Shown here: piece by piece, positions 38,971 to 48,096 of the stretch | Layout of the letters: every line of letters starts with the position of its first letter | Position numbering within the stretch: position 1 is the first letter of the stretch | NCBI GenBank assembly: GCA_031459875.1 | Contig: JAVKHQ010000001.1 | Location: 32,001 to 96,000 of the forward strand | Direction of reading: 5' to 3' | Source of the DNA: Candidatus Fervidifonticultor sextus | GTDB taxonomy: Bacteria > Sysuimicrobiota > Sysuimicrobiia > Sysuimicrobiales > Humicultoraceae | DNA length: 64,000 bases | Translations under genes and position numbers: made by a program | The notes under the pieces: generated by a model | The model's input: only the letters and a program-made list of their open reading frames with translations | Told to the model about the DNA's origin: nothing | Databases searched by the model: none

Positions 38971-40203
38971 TCACCCCGGATCTGACCGGAGTCGGTCTGA
39001 CCCTTCTGCGGGGGGCGGAGGCGCTCCTGCCGGCCATCGGGCCAGCACCCACGCCCGGGCCTCATCGCGGGTGACGATCTCTCCCCGGGCCCGTGCCTCC
39101 TCCACGGCCTCCAGGATCGCCGAGAACCCGGGACCGGGTCGGTACCCCAGCGCCACGAGGTCGTCCCCTGACAGCAGCCCGAGCGCCGGGCGGCGGGCGT
39201 CGGGCCGCGCGGCCAGGGCTTCGGCCGCGCGCCGGTAGGCCGCCAGGTCACCGCCTCGGACTGTCGTCTCGACGCGGTAGAGTTCCACGAGATCGGCGGG
39301 GTCGACGCGGTCCAGCAGGCTCTTGAGCGCGCCGGCGCGCATCGTGGGGATCTCGGGCACGCGACCGTAGCCCGCGACCAGTCCGGCCACAGCCCGGACT
39401 TCCACGTTGGAGAACCGTAGACGGCGGCAGATCGCCGCGGCGCGCTCCGCTGAGCCGACTGGCAGGAGCAGGGCTGCCACCGCGAGCGCCGGCGACGGCC
39501 GTGTGAGGCGGTGGAGCGTCCGGCACGCCCGCGCCACCACCTCCGGGTCGGCCACTTCCGGCAGCACCGCGGCCAGCAGCCCGGTTTGCTGCAGCACACG
39601 CACCCCCTCGGCGCGGCCGGGAGCCACCAGCAGGCGGACCAGTTCGTCGCGGATGCGCTCCCGGCTCACCGAGGTCACGGTCTGGGCCAGCGCGCCCAGC
39701 GCCTGCAGCGTGCCCTCCTCGATCGAAAAGCCCAGTTCGGCCGCCAGGCGGACCGCCCGCAGCAGGCGCAGGCGGTCCTCGGTGAACCGGACCGTCGGAT
39801 CGCCGACGGTTCGGATGACCCCGCGCTGCAGGTCAGGGAGGCCGCCCACGTGGTCGATCACCTCGTCGGCGGCAGGATCGTAGAGCAGCGCGTTGATCGT
39901 GAAGTCCCGGCGCCAGACATCGGAGGCGGCATCGGCGGACGCCACAGACGCGGGCCGGCGGCCGTCGAGGTAGGGGCCTTCGGTGCGGAATGTGGCCACC
40001 TGATAGGGATGGCCGTCGGCGACCACCGCGACCACCCCGAACGCCGCCCCGACCGGCACGGTCCGATCGAAGCACGAGGCCACCACCTCGGGAGGCGCTG
40101 CCGTCACGATGTCGAGGTCGGCAGGAATCCGGCCGAGGAGCAGGTCGCGGACCACCCCGCCGACCAGGTAGGTCTCCCAGCCGGCCTCACGCAGGCGGGC
40201 CAC
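38971..40203 (-). CDS. cca: CCA-adding tRNA nucleotidyltransferase (class II, no HD domain)
   Basis: LVGGVVRD, DLDIVT, RRDFTINAL, EDRLRLLRA and SRERIRDEL. The true start may lie upstream of 40203. Confidence 0.88.
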   Translation of the reverse strand: MARLREAGWETYLVGGVVRDLLLGRIPADLDIVTAAPPEVVASCFDRTVPVGAAFGVVAVVADGHPYQVATFRTEGPYLDGRRPASVASADAASDVWRRDFTINALLYDPAADEVIDHVGGLPDLQRGVIRTVGDPTVRFTEDRLRLLRAVRLAAELGFSIEEGTLQALGALAQTVTSVSRERIRDELVRLLVAPGRAEGVRVLQQTGLLAAVLPEVADPEVVARACRTLHRLTRPSPALAVAALLLPVGSAERAAAICRRLRFSNVEVRAVAGLVAGYGRVPEIPTMRAGALKSLLDRVDPADLVELYRVETTVRGGDLAAYRRAAEALAARPDARRPALGLLSGDDLVALGYRPGPGFSAILEAVEEARARGEIVTRDEARAWVLARWPAGAPPPPAEGSDRLRSDPG

Positions 40204-40298
40204 GATCGCCAGACCGGGCCGCAGCCGCGCCGGCAGGCGTCGCGCCAGCGCGTCTTGGGAGCCCGCAGGCCCCTTGCCGGCAGGAACCGGGGGTGAGT

Positions 40299-40628
40299 CT
40301 ATGCTTCCGGACGCTCCTCGGCCTGGCGGCGCAGTTCCCGGGCTTTCTCCTCCAGGGCCTCGCGGCCGCGCTCCACCATCTCGCGCAGGCGCGCGGCGCT
40401 CTCGTCCAGCCTGGACCGGCCGCGCTGGGTCAGCTCCTCAGCAGTGTCGCGCACCCTGCGGACGACCTCATCGGCGCGCTGGCGCGCCCGGTCGCGGAGT
40501 TCCTCGGCTTCGCGGGCCAGGCGGTCGCGGGTCTCCTCGCCGGAGTGCGGCGCGAATAGCAGCGCGATCGCCGTGCCCAGCAGGCCGCCGATGATGAACC
40601 CGGCGATGAAGTCAGTGCGGTTGCTCAT
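40299..40628 (-). CDS. YtxH-domain protein
   Basis: FIAGFIIGGLLG..ALLFAPHSGEETR followed by coiled coil. Confidence 0.9.
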   Translation of the reverse strand: MSNRTDFIAGFIIGGLLGTAIALLFAPHSGEETRDRLAREAEELRDRARQRADEVVRRVRDTAEELTQRGRSRLDESAARLREMVERGREALEEKARELRRQAEERPEA

Positions 40629-41724
40629 GGCCCCTCATCTCCTCTCCAGGATGCTGCCGTTCGATGATCCCGCCGCCGAGGACGACGTCGCCGGCGTAGA
40701 ACGTGACGGCCTGCCCCGGCGCCACCGCGCGCTGCGGCGCCTCGAACTCGACCAGGACGCGGCCGTCATCGCGCAGGTGCAGGACCGCCGGCACATCGGC
40801 CGCCGCATGCCGGACCCGGACGGTGACCCGCGGCGGCGGTGGGGGCGGCAGGATCCAGTTCACGCGGCCCAGCAGGACGGACGGGCAGTGCAGATCGCCC
40901 GGCCCGCCGACCACCACCGCGTTCCGCTCCGGGTCGATGGCGACCACATAGCGGGGCCCGCCGCCCCCGACCCCCAGTCCGCGGCGCTGGCCGACGGTGT
41001 AGCGCCCGATGCCGGCATGGGTGCCCACTACCGTCCCGGTCCGGTCCAGGATGGGCCCCGGCCGCGCGGCCTCAGGCCGGCGCGCAGCCACCAGGTCGCC
41101 GTAGTGCCCGGCCGGCACGAAGCAGATCTCCTGGCTGTCGGGTTTGTCGCTGACCGGCAGCCCCAGGCGTCGCGCCAGGTCCCTGACCTCGTCCTTGGCA
41201 TAGCCGCCGACCGGGAACCGCAGTCGCGCCAGTTGGGCCTGCGTGAGCGCAAACAGGACGTACGACTGGTCCTTCCGGGGGTCGGCCGCCCGCAGCAGCA
41301 GGTGGCGGCCGGCGGCCTCGTCGCAGACAATGCGGGCGTAGTGGCCGGTGGCGAGCGCCTGGCACCCCAGCCCCTCTACCTTCTCCAGCAGGACCCGGAA
41401 CTTGACCGCCTGGTTGCAGGCGATGCAGGGGTTGGGGGTGCAGCCCCTGGCGTACTCGTCAACGAAGTAGTCGATCACCGCGCGCTCAAAGGCCTCACGG
41501 AGGTTGAGGACGTAGTGCCGGATCCCGAGCCGCCGTGCCGTGGCCCGGGCGTCTTCGATGGCGGTGATCCCGCAGCAGGCGCGGCTGCCTGACTCCGGAG
41601 CCGGGAGCCACGACGGCCACAGGTTCATGGTGACCCCGATGACCTCCCAGCCCTCCTCCACCAGGAGGGCGGCGGCGACCGCGCTGTCCACCCCGCCGCT
41701 CATCGCCACGGCAATCCGTGACAT
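40612..41724 (-). CDS. mnmA: tRNA 2-thiouridine(34) synthase
   Basis: AMSGGVDS, TPNPCIACN, ATGHY, KDQSY and DSQEICF. Confidence 0.97.
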   Translation of the reverse strand: MSRIAVAMSGGVDSAVAAALLVEEGWEVIGVTMNLWPSWLPAPESGSRACCGITAIEDARATARRLGIRHYVLNLREAFERAVIDYFVDEYARGCTPNPCIACNQAVKFRVLLEKVEGLGCQALATGHYARIVCDEAAGRHLLLRAADPRKDQSYVLFALTQAQLARLRFPVGGYAKDEVRDLARRLGLPVSDKPDSQEICFVPAGHYGDLVAARRPEAARPGPILDRTGTVVGTHAGIGRYTVGQRRGLGVGGGGPRYVVAIDPERNAVVVGGPGDLHCPSVLLGRVNWILPPPPPPRVTVRVRHAAADVPAVLHLRDDGRVLVEFEAPQRAVAPGQAVTFYAGDVVLGGGIIERQHPGEEMRGHEQPH

Positions 41725-41752
41725 CCTCTGTGCACCCTGCCCTCCGAATTGC

Positions 41753-41782
41753 ATGCTAGCAGGCGCTCTCGCGGCGTGTCAA
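41753..41782 (-). promoter_or_regulatory. sigma-A promoter of mnmA-ytxH-cca
   Basis: TTGACA-18-TAGCAT with a TGn extension. Confidence 0.75.
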
Positions 41783-41810
41783 AACGCGCCCCCGCGTGTG
41801 GAGGTTCACC

Positions 41811-43154
41811 TCACCGAGGGGATTCCCCGCGGTCGTCGTCCGCAGTCACCCCCGTCCCCCACCACTCCTCCAGGCGTCGCCTGATGGCGCCCTCGGCACC
41901 GTGCGGGGTCGGCCGATAGTACCGGCGGGGCGCAAATCCCTCAGGCCAGTACGACTGGCGCACGAACCCGCCAGGGAACGCGTGGGGGTACTGATACCCC
42001 ACGCCGTGTCCCGCCTGCGCCACCGCCCGAGGATGGCTGGCATCCCGGAGATGCCGTGGGGGCGGGTCCGCGCGCTGCTCCTCGACGTCGCGGGCCGCCT
42101 CGCCGATCGCGGTGACCACGGCGTTGCTCTTAGGGGCCGTCGCAATGTAGATGGCGGCCTCGGCCATGGGGATGCGCGCCTCTGGCAGGCCCACGTACTC
42201 CACCGCGTGCGCCGCCGCTGTTGCCACCACCAGGGCCATGGGGTCGGCCAGACCCACGTCCTCGGCGGCGTGGACGACCATCCGCCGGGCGATGAAGCGC
42301 GGGTCCTCTCCGGCGGCCAGCATCCGCGCCAGCCAGTAGACCGCGGCGTCGGGATCCGACCCGCGCAGGCTCTTGATGAAGGCCGAGATCACATCGTAGT
42401 GCTGATCCCCCTCGCGGTCGTACCGCACGGCGCGGCGCTGACCGGCGTCGGCGACCACCTCGACGGTGATGCGACGGCGGCCACCGGCCTCGGGGGCGAC
42501 CGCGGCCGCAGCCTCCAGCGCGTTGAGGGCCACCCGCGCGTCGCCGTTGCTGAGGCGGGCCAGGTGCGCCAGGGCCTCGCCGTCGACGTCGAAGGGCTCC
42601 CCGCCCAGGCCGCGCGGATCCACCAGTGCCCGCTCCAGGATGGTCCGGATCTCCGCTTCGCTGAGCGGCTCGAGTTGGGCGACCTGCGACCGCGAGACGA
42701 GGGTGGCGTTGACCTCGTAGAACGGGTTCTCGGTCGTGGCCCCGATAAGGATCAGCGTGCCGTCCTCCACATAGGGCAGCAACACATCCTGCTGCGCCTT
42801 GTTGAACCGGTGGATCTCGTCGATGATGAGCAGGGTGCGCTGCTGGTGGAAGGCGCGGCGGTCCCGCGCCTCGGCGATGATCTTCTTGAGATCCGCCACA
42901 CCCGCGGTCACCGCATTCACCTGCTCCACGTGGCTGCGCGTCCGCGCGGCGATGATGAGCGCCAGCGTGGTCTTGCCCACGCCGGGCGGGCCCCAGAGGA
43001 TCAGGCTGTGCACCTGGTCCTCCTCGATCGCCGCCCTGAGCGCCCGGCCGGTTCCGATGAGATGCTCCTGCCCGACAAACTCGTCCAGCGTCCTGGGCCG
43101 GACCCGGGCCGCAAGCGGCGCAGTCGTGATCCTGGCGTCGTCGAAGAGGGCCAC
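41811..43154 (-). CDS. rarA: Replication-associated recombination protein A (MgsA)
   Basis: PLAARVRP, WGPPGVGKTT, DEIHRFNKAQQD and SAFIKSLRGSDPDAA; GTG 43154 with a GGAGG RBS. Confidence 0.96.
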   Translation of the reverse strand: MALFDDARITTAPLAARVRPRTLDEFVGQEHLIGTGRALRAAIEEDQVHSLILWGPPGVGKTTLALIIAARTRSHVEQVNAVTAGVADLKKIIAEARDRRAFHQQRTLLIIDEIHRFNKAQQDVLLPYVEDGTLILIGATTENPFYEVNATLVSRSQVAQLEPLSEAEIRTILERALVDPRGLGGEPFDVDGEALAHLARLSNGDARVALNALEAAAAVAPEAGGRRRITVEVVADAGQRRAVRYDREGDQHYDVISAFIKSLRGSDPDAAVYWLARMLAAGEDPRFIARRMVVHAAEDVGLADPMALVVATAAAHAVEYVGLPEARIPMAEAAIYIATAPKSNAVVTAIGEAARDVEEQRADPPPRHLRDASHPRAVAQAGHGVGYQYPHAFPGGFVRQSYWPEGFAPRRYYRPTPHGAEGAIRRRLEEWWGTGVTADDDRGESPR

Positions 43155-43194
43155 GGCACCTCCCGGGTCCATCCTAGCACGGAAGCCGCGCGGG

Positions 43195-43219
43195 AGGACG
43201 CCGACGCACCGGCGCGAAG
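43195..43219 (+). promoter_or_regulatory. SigH-like promoter motif upstream of the radical SAM gene
   Basis: AGG-N18-GAAG ending 8 nt before GTG 43228. Confidence 0.5.
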
Positions 43220-43227
43220 ACCACGTC

Positions 43228-44445
43228 GTGGGCCCAGGGCGCCCCGTTCGCATCGCCTGCAAGCCCGAGGCCGTCGTCGTCACCTGTGGCGACGGCGACG
43301 AGGCCATCTACGCCTTCGACCACGCGGGCCGCCTCTTCACGGCCTGGCTGAGGGGCCGGCTCTTCCGGCGCGCGCTCGACGGCCGGATCATGGAGAAGCG
43401 CACGGATCGCTCGGACCGGCGTCCGGTGCGCCACCGGCGGTTCCTGACCCCCGACGAGGGCGCCGGGCTGCTGGATGCCTCTGCGGCGGCCGCCGGCGAG
43501 GCCATGGCCGCGCTGCACAGCGGGAGGGCCGAACTGCTGTGGTCGATCCCCGGGCCCGAGGATCGGGCATGGGCTGCAGCCCTCCTGGAGGCGGCGGCCC
43601 GGTTCGATGCCAGGGCGGCCGAGGTGGACAGCGCGCGCTTCGCAGAGGCCTACACGCCGGTGGCGATCCTCCCTCCCGACCGCTACCGCTCGCTGGTCAT
43701 CCAGGTCACCGAAGGCTGTCACTGGAACCGGTGCACGTTCTGCACCTTCTACCGCGACCGGCGCTTCCGCATCAAGACCGATGCGGAGTTCGCCGCCCAT
43801 GTGGACGCGGTCGCCCGGTTCTTCGGGCCGGGGCTGAGCCTGCGCCGCGGCATCTTCCTGGGGGACGCTAACGCGCTGTTCCTCCCGGTGGAGATCCTGC
43901 TCCCCAGGCTCGACCTCCTGGCGCGGCGCCTGGCCCGGCACGCGACCGACCTCGCGGCCTTCATTGACGTGTTCACCGGACACCGCCGCGCGGCCAGCGA
44001 CTTCGCGGCCCTGGGCGCGCGGGGGCTGCGGCGGATCTATGTGGGCCTGGAGAGCGGCGACGACGAGACGCTGGTCTTCCTCAACAAGCCGCAGACCGCG
44101 GCCCAGGCGACGGACCTCGTCCTGACGGCCAAGCAGGCGGGCCTGGGCGTGGGGATCATCGTGATGGCGGGGGTGGGCGGCCGCCAGCGGTGGCGGCGGC
44201 ACGTCGAGGCCACCGTGGCCACGCTGGGGGCCATGCGGCTGGGCGCCGGGGACCTGGTGTACGTCTCCGCGTTCACGGCGCCCCACGACGGCCCCTACGC
44301 CCAGCGGGCGCGCGCCGATGGGACCGAGCCGCTCACTCCCGACGAGGTCGAAGACCAGGTGGACGAACTGCTGAAGGGGGCTGCCCGCGTGACGGCCCCG
44401 GGCATTCGGGCCGCGCGGTACGACATCGAGGAGTTCCTGTACTGA
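43228..44445 (+). CDS. Radical SAM protein of unknown function
   Basis: GCHWNRCTFC (CX4CX2C), IFLGDANAL and YVGLESGDD. Start is uncertain. Confidence 0.85.
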   Translation: MGPGRPVRIACKPEAVVVTCGDGDEAIYAFDHAGRLFTAWLRGRLFRRALDGRIMEKRTDRSDRRPVRHRRFLTPDEGAGLLDASAAAAGEAMAALHSGRAELLWSIPGPEDRAWAAALLEAAARFDARAAEVDSARFAEAYTPVAILPPDRYRSLVIQVTEGCHWNRCTFCTFYRDRRFRIKTDAEFAAHVDAVARFFGPGLSLRRGIFLGDANALFLPVEILLPRLDLLARRLARHATDLAAFIDVFTGHRRAASDFAALGARGLRRIYVGLESGDDETLVFLNKPQTAAQATDLVLTAKQAGLGVGIIVMAGVGGRQRWRRHVEATVATLGAMRLGAGDLVYVSAFTAPHDGPYAQRARADGTEPLTPDEVEDQVDELLKGAARVTAPGIRAARYDIEEFLY

Positions 44446-44449
44446 CTTG

Positions 44450-44652
44450 CCGGCGCGGATTCTCCGCCGTGCCGTGCGGGACGAAGTCCCCGAACCCTAC
44501 TCTCGTAGGTGGGTGCCCTCCCGGAGGCTTCGGACCTGCCCGCACCGCCTGCCCGCGGGACCATCGTCCGCCTCCGGAGGTGGGCTCCCCGGGTCGATGT
44601 GTTGGATCGGGACTTTGCGCCCCGCCTCGCACACGGCAGAGAACCCGCTGCC
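44450..44652 (-). ncRNA. ssrS: 6S RNA
   Basis: About 200-nt rod with a closing stem (GGCAGCGGGTTCTC/GAGAATCCGCGCC), a central bubble and GGGAGCCC...GGGCACCCACC. It has its own promoter and lies between aspS and rarA as in Bacillota. Confidence 0.88.
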
Positions 44653-44658
44653 AGACTT

Positions 44659-44687
44659 ATCGTAGCACCCGTCCCACCGCCCGGCAA
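44659..44687 (-). promoter_or_regulatory. sigma-A promoter of 6S RNA
   Basis: TTGCCG-17-TACGAT with a TGn extension. Confidence 0.75.
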
Positions 44688-46460
44688 TCACACGATCTCG
44701 ATGTGGACCTCGCGGAGCACGGCAGGGTCTACCGGGCTGGGCGCGCCGGTCAGGAGGTCGGCCGCACTGGCCGTCTTGGGGAAGGCGATGACCTCCCGGA
44801 TCGTGGCCTCGCCGGCCAGCAGCATGACGAACCGGTCCATGCCCAGGGCGATCCCGCCGTGGGGCGGCGCGCCGTACTGCAGGGCGTCCAGCAGGAACCC
44901 GAAACGCGCCTGCGCCTGCTCCGGGCCGATGCCCAGCAGGGCGAACACCTGTTCCTGAAGCGCGCGCTCATGGATGCGGATGCTGCCCCCGCCCAGCTCG
45001 ACGCCGTTGAGGATGAGGTCGTGGGCTTTGGCCCGCACTCGTTCCGGCGCAGTGGACAGCAGCGGACGATCCTCATCCATCGGCGCCGTGAACGGGTGGT
45101 GGACGGCCACATACCGTCCTTCCTCCGCGCTGTACTCCAGCAGCGGAAACCCGGTGACCCAGAGGAAGCGGAACTCACGATCCCGCGCGCGCAGCCCGGC
45201 CCGGTCGGCCGCTTCCAGGCGCACCCGTCCCAGGGCAGAGGCCACGGTGGCCTCGGGACCGGCCGCGAGCAGGATGAGGTCGCCTTCCCGTGCCCCGGTC
45301 CGTGCCGAGACCTCCGCGACTTCGCCTTCGGCCAGATGCCGCGCAAGCGATCCCCGGGGGCCGCCGGGCCCCAGGGCCAGTGAGGCCAGCCCCGCCGCTC
45401 CGGCGGCGACCGCGGTCTGGGCCAGGGCATCCAGATCCCGGCGGCTCATCCCGGCCGCACCCGGAACGCGCAGGGCCCGGAGCACGCCGCCTGTGGCGGC
45501 GGCCTCCCGGAACCGCTCCACGCCGCTGGCCCCGGCCAGATCGGTCAGGTCCGTGATCTCCAGGTCCACGCGCAGGTCGGGCTTGTCGGAGCCGTACCGG
45601 AGCAGGGCCTCGGGGTAGGCGAGCCTGGGGAAGGGCCGCGCGACGCGGCCGCCCAGCACCCGCTCGATGACGTGGGCCACCATCGCTTCGGTGACCGCCA
45701 GCACGTCGTCCTGCTCGACGAAACTCATCTCGATGTCGATCTGGGTGAACTCGGGCTGCCGGTCGGCCCGCAGGTCCTCGTCGCGGAAGCACCGCGCGAT
45801 CTGGAAATACCGGTCCGCCCCGCCGACCATCAGGAGCTGCTTGAACAGTTGCGGCGACTGGGGGAGGGCGTAGAACTTGCCGGGCTGGAGCCGGCTCGGC
45901 ACCAGGAAGTCCCGGGCGCCCTCCGGCGTGCTGCGGATCAGCATCGGCGTCTCGACCTCGATGAAGCCCATCCGGTCCAGAGCCTCGCGCACCGCCATGC
46001 ACGTCCGGTGGCGCAGGGTCAGGTTGCGGATCATGCGCGGCCGGCGCAGGTCCAGGAACCGGTAGCGCAGCCGCAGGGCCTCGTCCACCTCGGCCTCGTC
46101 GGCCGGCAGGAATGGCGGGGTCAGGGACGCGGACAGGACCTCCAGACGCCGGGCCCGGACCTCGATCTCGCCGGTCGCCAGACGCGGGTTGCTCGTGCCC
46201 TCGGGGCGGCGCGCCACGGCCCCGTCCACGCGCACGACGTACTCGGCACGCACGCCTTCGGCTACCTGGGCGGCGGCGGCCCCGTCGGGGTCGGAGGGGT
46301 TGACCACGATCTGCACGATGCCGTCCCGGTCGCGCAGGTCCAGGAAGATCAGGCCGCCGAGATCGCGGCGGCGCTGGACCCATCCGGCGAGCCGGACCGG
46401 CGTCCCGATGTGGTCGGGCCGCAACTCGCCGCAGGTGTGCGTGCGCATCGCGGTCTTCAT
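44688..46460 (-). CDS. aspS: Aspartate--tRNA ligase
   Basis: RTHTCGEL, STPEGARDF, LPQSPQLFKQ, FRDEDLRADRQPEF and GAPPHGG. Confidence 0.99.
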   Translation of the reverse strand: MKTAMRTHTCGELRPDHIGTPVRLAGWVQRRRDLGGLIFLDLRDRDGIVQIVVNPSDPDGAAAAQVAEGVRAEYVVRVDGAVARRPEGTSNPRLATGEIEVRARRLEVLSASLTPPFLPADEAEVDEALRLRYRFLDLRRPRMIRNLTLRHRTCMAVREALDRMGFIEVETPMLIRSTPEGARDFLVPSRLQPGKFYALPQSPQLFKQLLMVGGADRYFQIARCFRDEDLRADRQPEFTQIDIEMSFVEQDDVLAVTEAMVAHVIERVLGGRVARPFPRLAYPEALLRYGSDKPDLRVDLEITDLTDLAGASGVERFREAAATGGVLRALRVPGAAGMSRRDLDALAQTAVAAGAAGLASLALGPGGPRGSLARHLAEGEVAEVSARTGAREGDLILLAAGPEATVASALGRVRLEAADRAGLRARDREFRFLWVTGFPLLEYSAEEGRYVAVHHPFTAPMDEDRPLLSTAPERVRAKAHDLILNGVELGGGSIRIHERALQEQVFALLGIGPEQAQARFGFLLDALQYGAPPHGGIALGMDRFVMLLAGEATIREVIAFPKTASAADLLTGAPSPVDPAVLREVHIEIV

Positions 46461-47761
46461 GCTCCCCCCTCCCCGCCCGTTGGCGCTGGCGCGGGGACGC
46501 CCAGGCGCGAGGTCAGCGCAGGAATGAGGTCGGCGCGGGGGATGCGGCTCTGGGCGCCGCTGGCCATCTCGCGGAGCGTGACGCTGCCGGCGGCCAGTTC
46601 CTCCTCGCCCAGGACCAGGGCGAACCTGGCGCCGAGGCGGTCGGCATGCCTGAGCTGGCCGCGGAGGTCGCGTCCCAGCAGATCGCCCTCAGCCCGCAGC
46701 CCCGCGGCGCGCAACGCATCGAGCAGGCCGATCCCCTCGCGCCGCGCGGCCCCGCCGGTGGTGACCACCATGACCTGCACCTGCCGATCCGCCGGCCGGA
46801 TCAGGCCGTCGTCCCCGGCGACCAGCAGCAGCCGGTCCAGGCCGAAGCCGAAGCCCACGCCCGGGGTCGGCGGGCCGCCCAGTTGCTCGGCCAGCCCGTC
46901 ATAGCGGCCGCCGCCGAACATGGCGTTCTGCGCGCCCAGGCGACCCGAGAAGACCTCCACCGCCGTCCGCGTGTAGTAGTCGAGGCCTCGCACGATGAAG
47001 GGATCCATCACGTACCGGACGCCCAACAGGTCGAAGTGCTCCCTGACGCCGTCGAGATGGGCGGCACAGGCCTCGCAGAGGTAGTCGATGCTCTTCGGCG
47101 CGCCGCGGGCCACCCGGTGGCAGCCCTCGCGCTTGCAGTCCAGGACCCGCAGCGGGTTGTGCGCCAGGCGACGCCGGCAGTCCGCGCACAGCTGGTCGGC
47201 GCGCGGCTGGAAGTAGTCGCGCAGGGCGTCCAGGTACCGGGGCCGGCACACGGCGTCCCCGACGCTGTTCAGGTGGACCTCGACCTGGGTCAGGCCCACC
47301 GCCTGCAGCAGCCGGACCGGCAGGGTCAGCACCTCGGCGTCGGCCGCTGGAGCGGCGCTGCCGATGATCTCGGCCCCAAATTGCACGTGCTGCCGGTAGC
47401 GGCCCTTCTGCGGCCGGTCGTAGCGGAACATCGGCGCGACGTAGTAGAGCTTGCACGGCTGCGGGGACTGGCGCAGGCCGTGCTCCAGGTAGGCCCGCAT
47501 CACCGCCGCCGTGCCCTCGGGCCGGAGGCTGAGGGAGCGCCCGCCTCGATCGGCAAACGTGTACATTTCCTTCTCGACCATATCGGTGGTCTCCCCGACG
47601 GTCCGCTGGAACACCTCGGTGTGCTCGACCACCGGCGTGCGGATCTCGCGGAAGCCCCATCGGGCCGCCAGGTCGTGGATCGTCGCCTCCAGGGCCTGCC
47701 AACGCTCCACTTCACCCGGCAGGATGTCGCGCATCCCGCGGGGCGCCTGAATCGCCGCCAT
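46457..47761 (-). CDS. hisS: Histidine--tRNA ligase
   Basis: PRGMRD, LRPEGTA, RPQKGRYRQ, RGLDYY and GGRYDGL; ATG 47761 with a GGAGGAGG RBS. Confidence 0.99.
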   Translation of the reverse strand: MAAIQAPRGMRDILPGEVERWQALEATIHDLAARWGFREIRTPVVEHTEVFQRTVGETTDMVEKEMYTFADRGGRSLSLRPEGTAAVMRAYLEHGLRQSPQPCKLYYVAPMFRYDRPQKGRYRQHVQFGAEIIGSAAPAADAEVLTLPVRLLQAVGLTQVEVHLNSVGDAVCRPRYLDALRDYFQPRADQLCADCRRRLAHNPLRVLDCKREGCHRVARGAPKSIDYLCEACAAHLDGVREHFDLLGVRYVMDPFIVRGLDYYTRTAVEVFSGRLGAQNAMFGGGRYDGLAEQLGGPPTPGVGFGFGLDRLLLVAGDDGLIRPADRQVQVMVVTTGGAARREGIGLLDALRAAGLRAEGDLLGRDLRGQLRHADRLGARFALVLGEEELAAGSVTLREMASGAQSRIPRADLIPALTSRLGVPAPAPTGGEGGA

Positions 47762-47792
47762 CTGTCGCCTCCTCCTACCCTGTCGCGCACCC

Positions 47793-48047
47793 AAAACAAA
47801 GCGCTCCCGTCCCGGCAGGGACGAGAGCGAGACTCCCGCGGTGCCACCCTGGTTCCCGGCCTTCGACACCTCGGCCGGGCCCTCATCGCGATCACGGGCG
47901 AAACCCGGGCGGTCGCCGCGCCGACGCGACGCCGCCGGCTCGGGGGCGTCATTCGGACCCGGGGTGCCTGAGGGCGTTTCCAGCTGTCGCGGCGTGCGCG
48001 CCCTCTCTCTGATAGGACCGGACCCTACTCTTCCCGTCCTCGCCGGC
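47793..48047 (-). promoter_or_regulatory. T-box riboswitch (Asp specifier) controlling hisS-aspS
   Basis: Stem I with AGUA, AGAGA and GCUGGAA; specifier loop GAAU-GAC (47950-47948); T-box AACCAGGGTGGCACCGCG (47854-47837); terminator hairpin with U tract (47829-47793). Confidence 0.93.
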
Positions 48048-48067
48048 CGTGCTGCGAAACTAGCGAT

Positions 48068-48096
48068 AGATTACCCCCGGGCCATCCGCGGGTCAA
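48068..48096 (-). promoter_or_regulatory. sigma-A promoter of the T-box leader
   Basis: TTGACC-17-TAATCT overlapping the end of the upstream permease gene. Confidence 0.7.

Noticed and set aside
44688..46460. Assigning AspRS as discriminating or non-discriminating
   Set aside because: The signature residues are mixed (RRDLGG, PEG) and cannot be decided by eye; asnS is present regardless.
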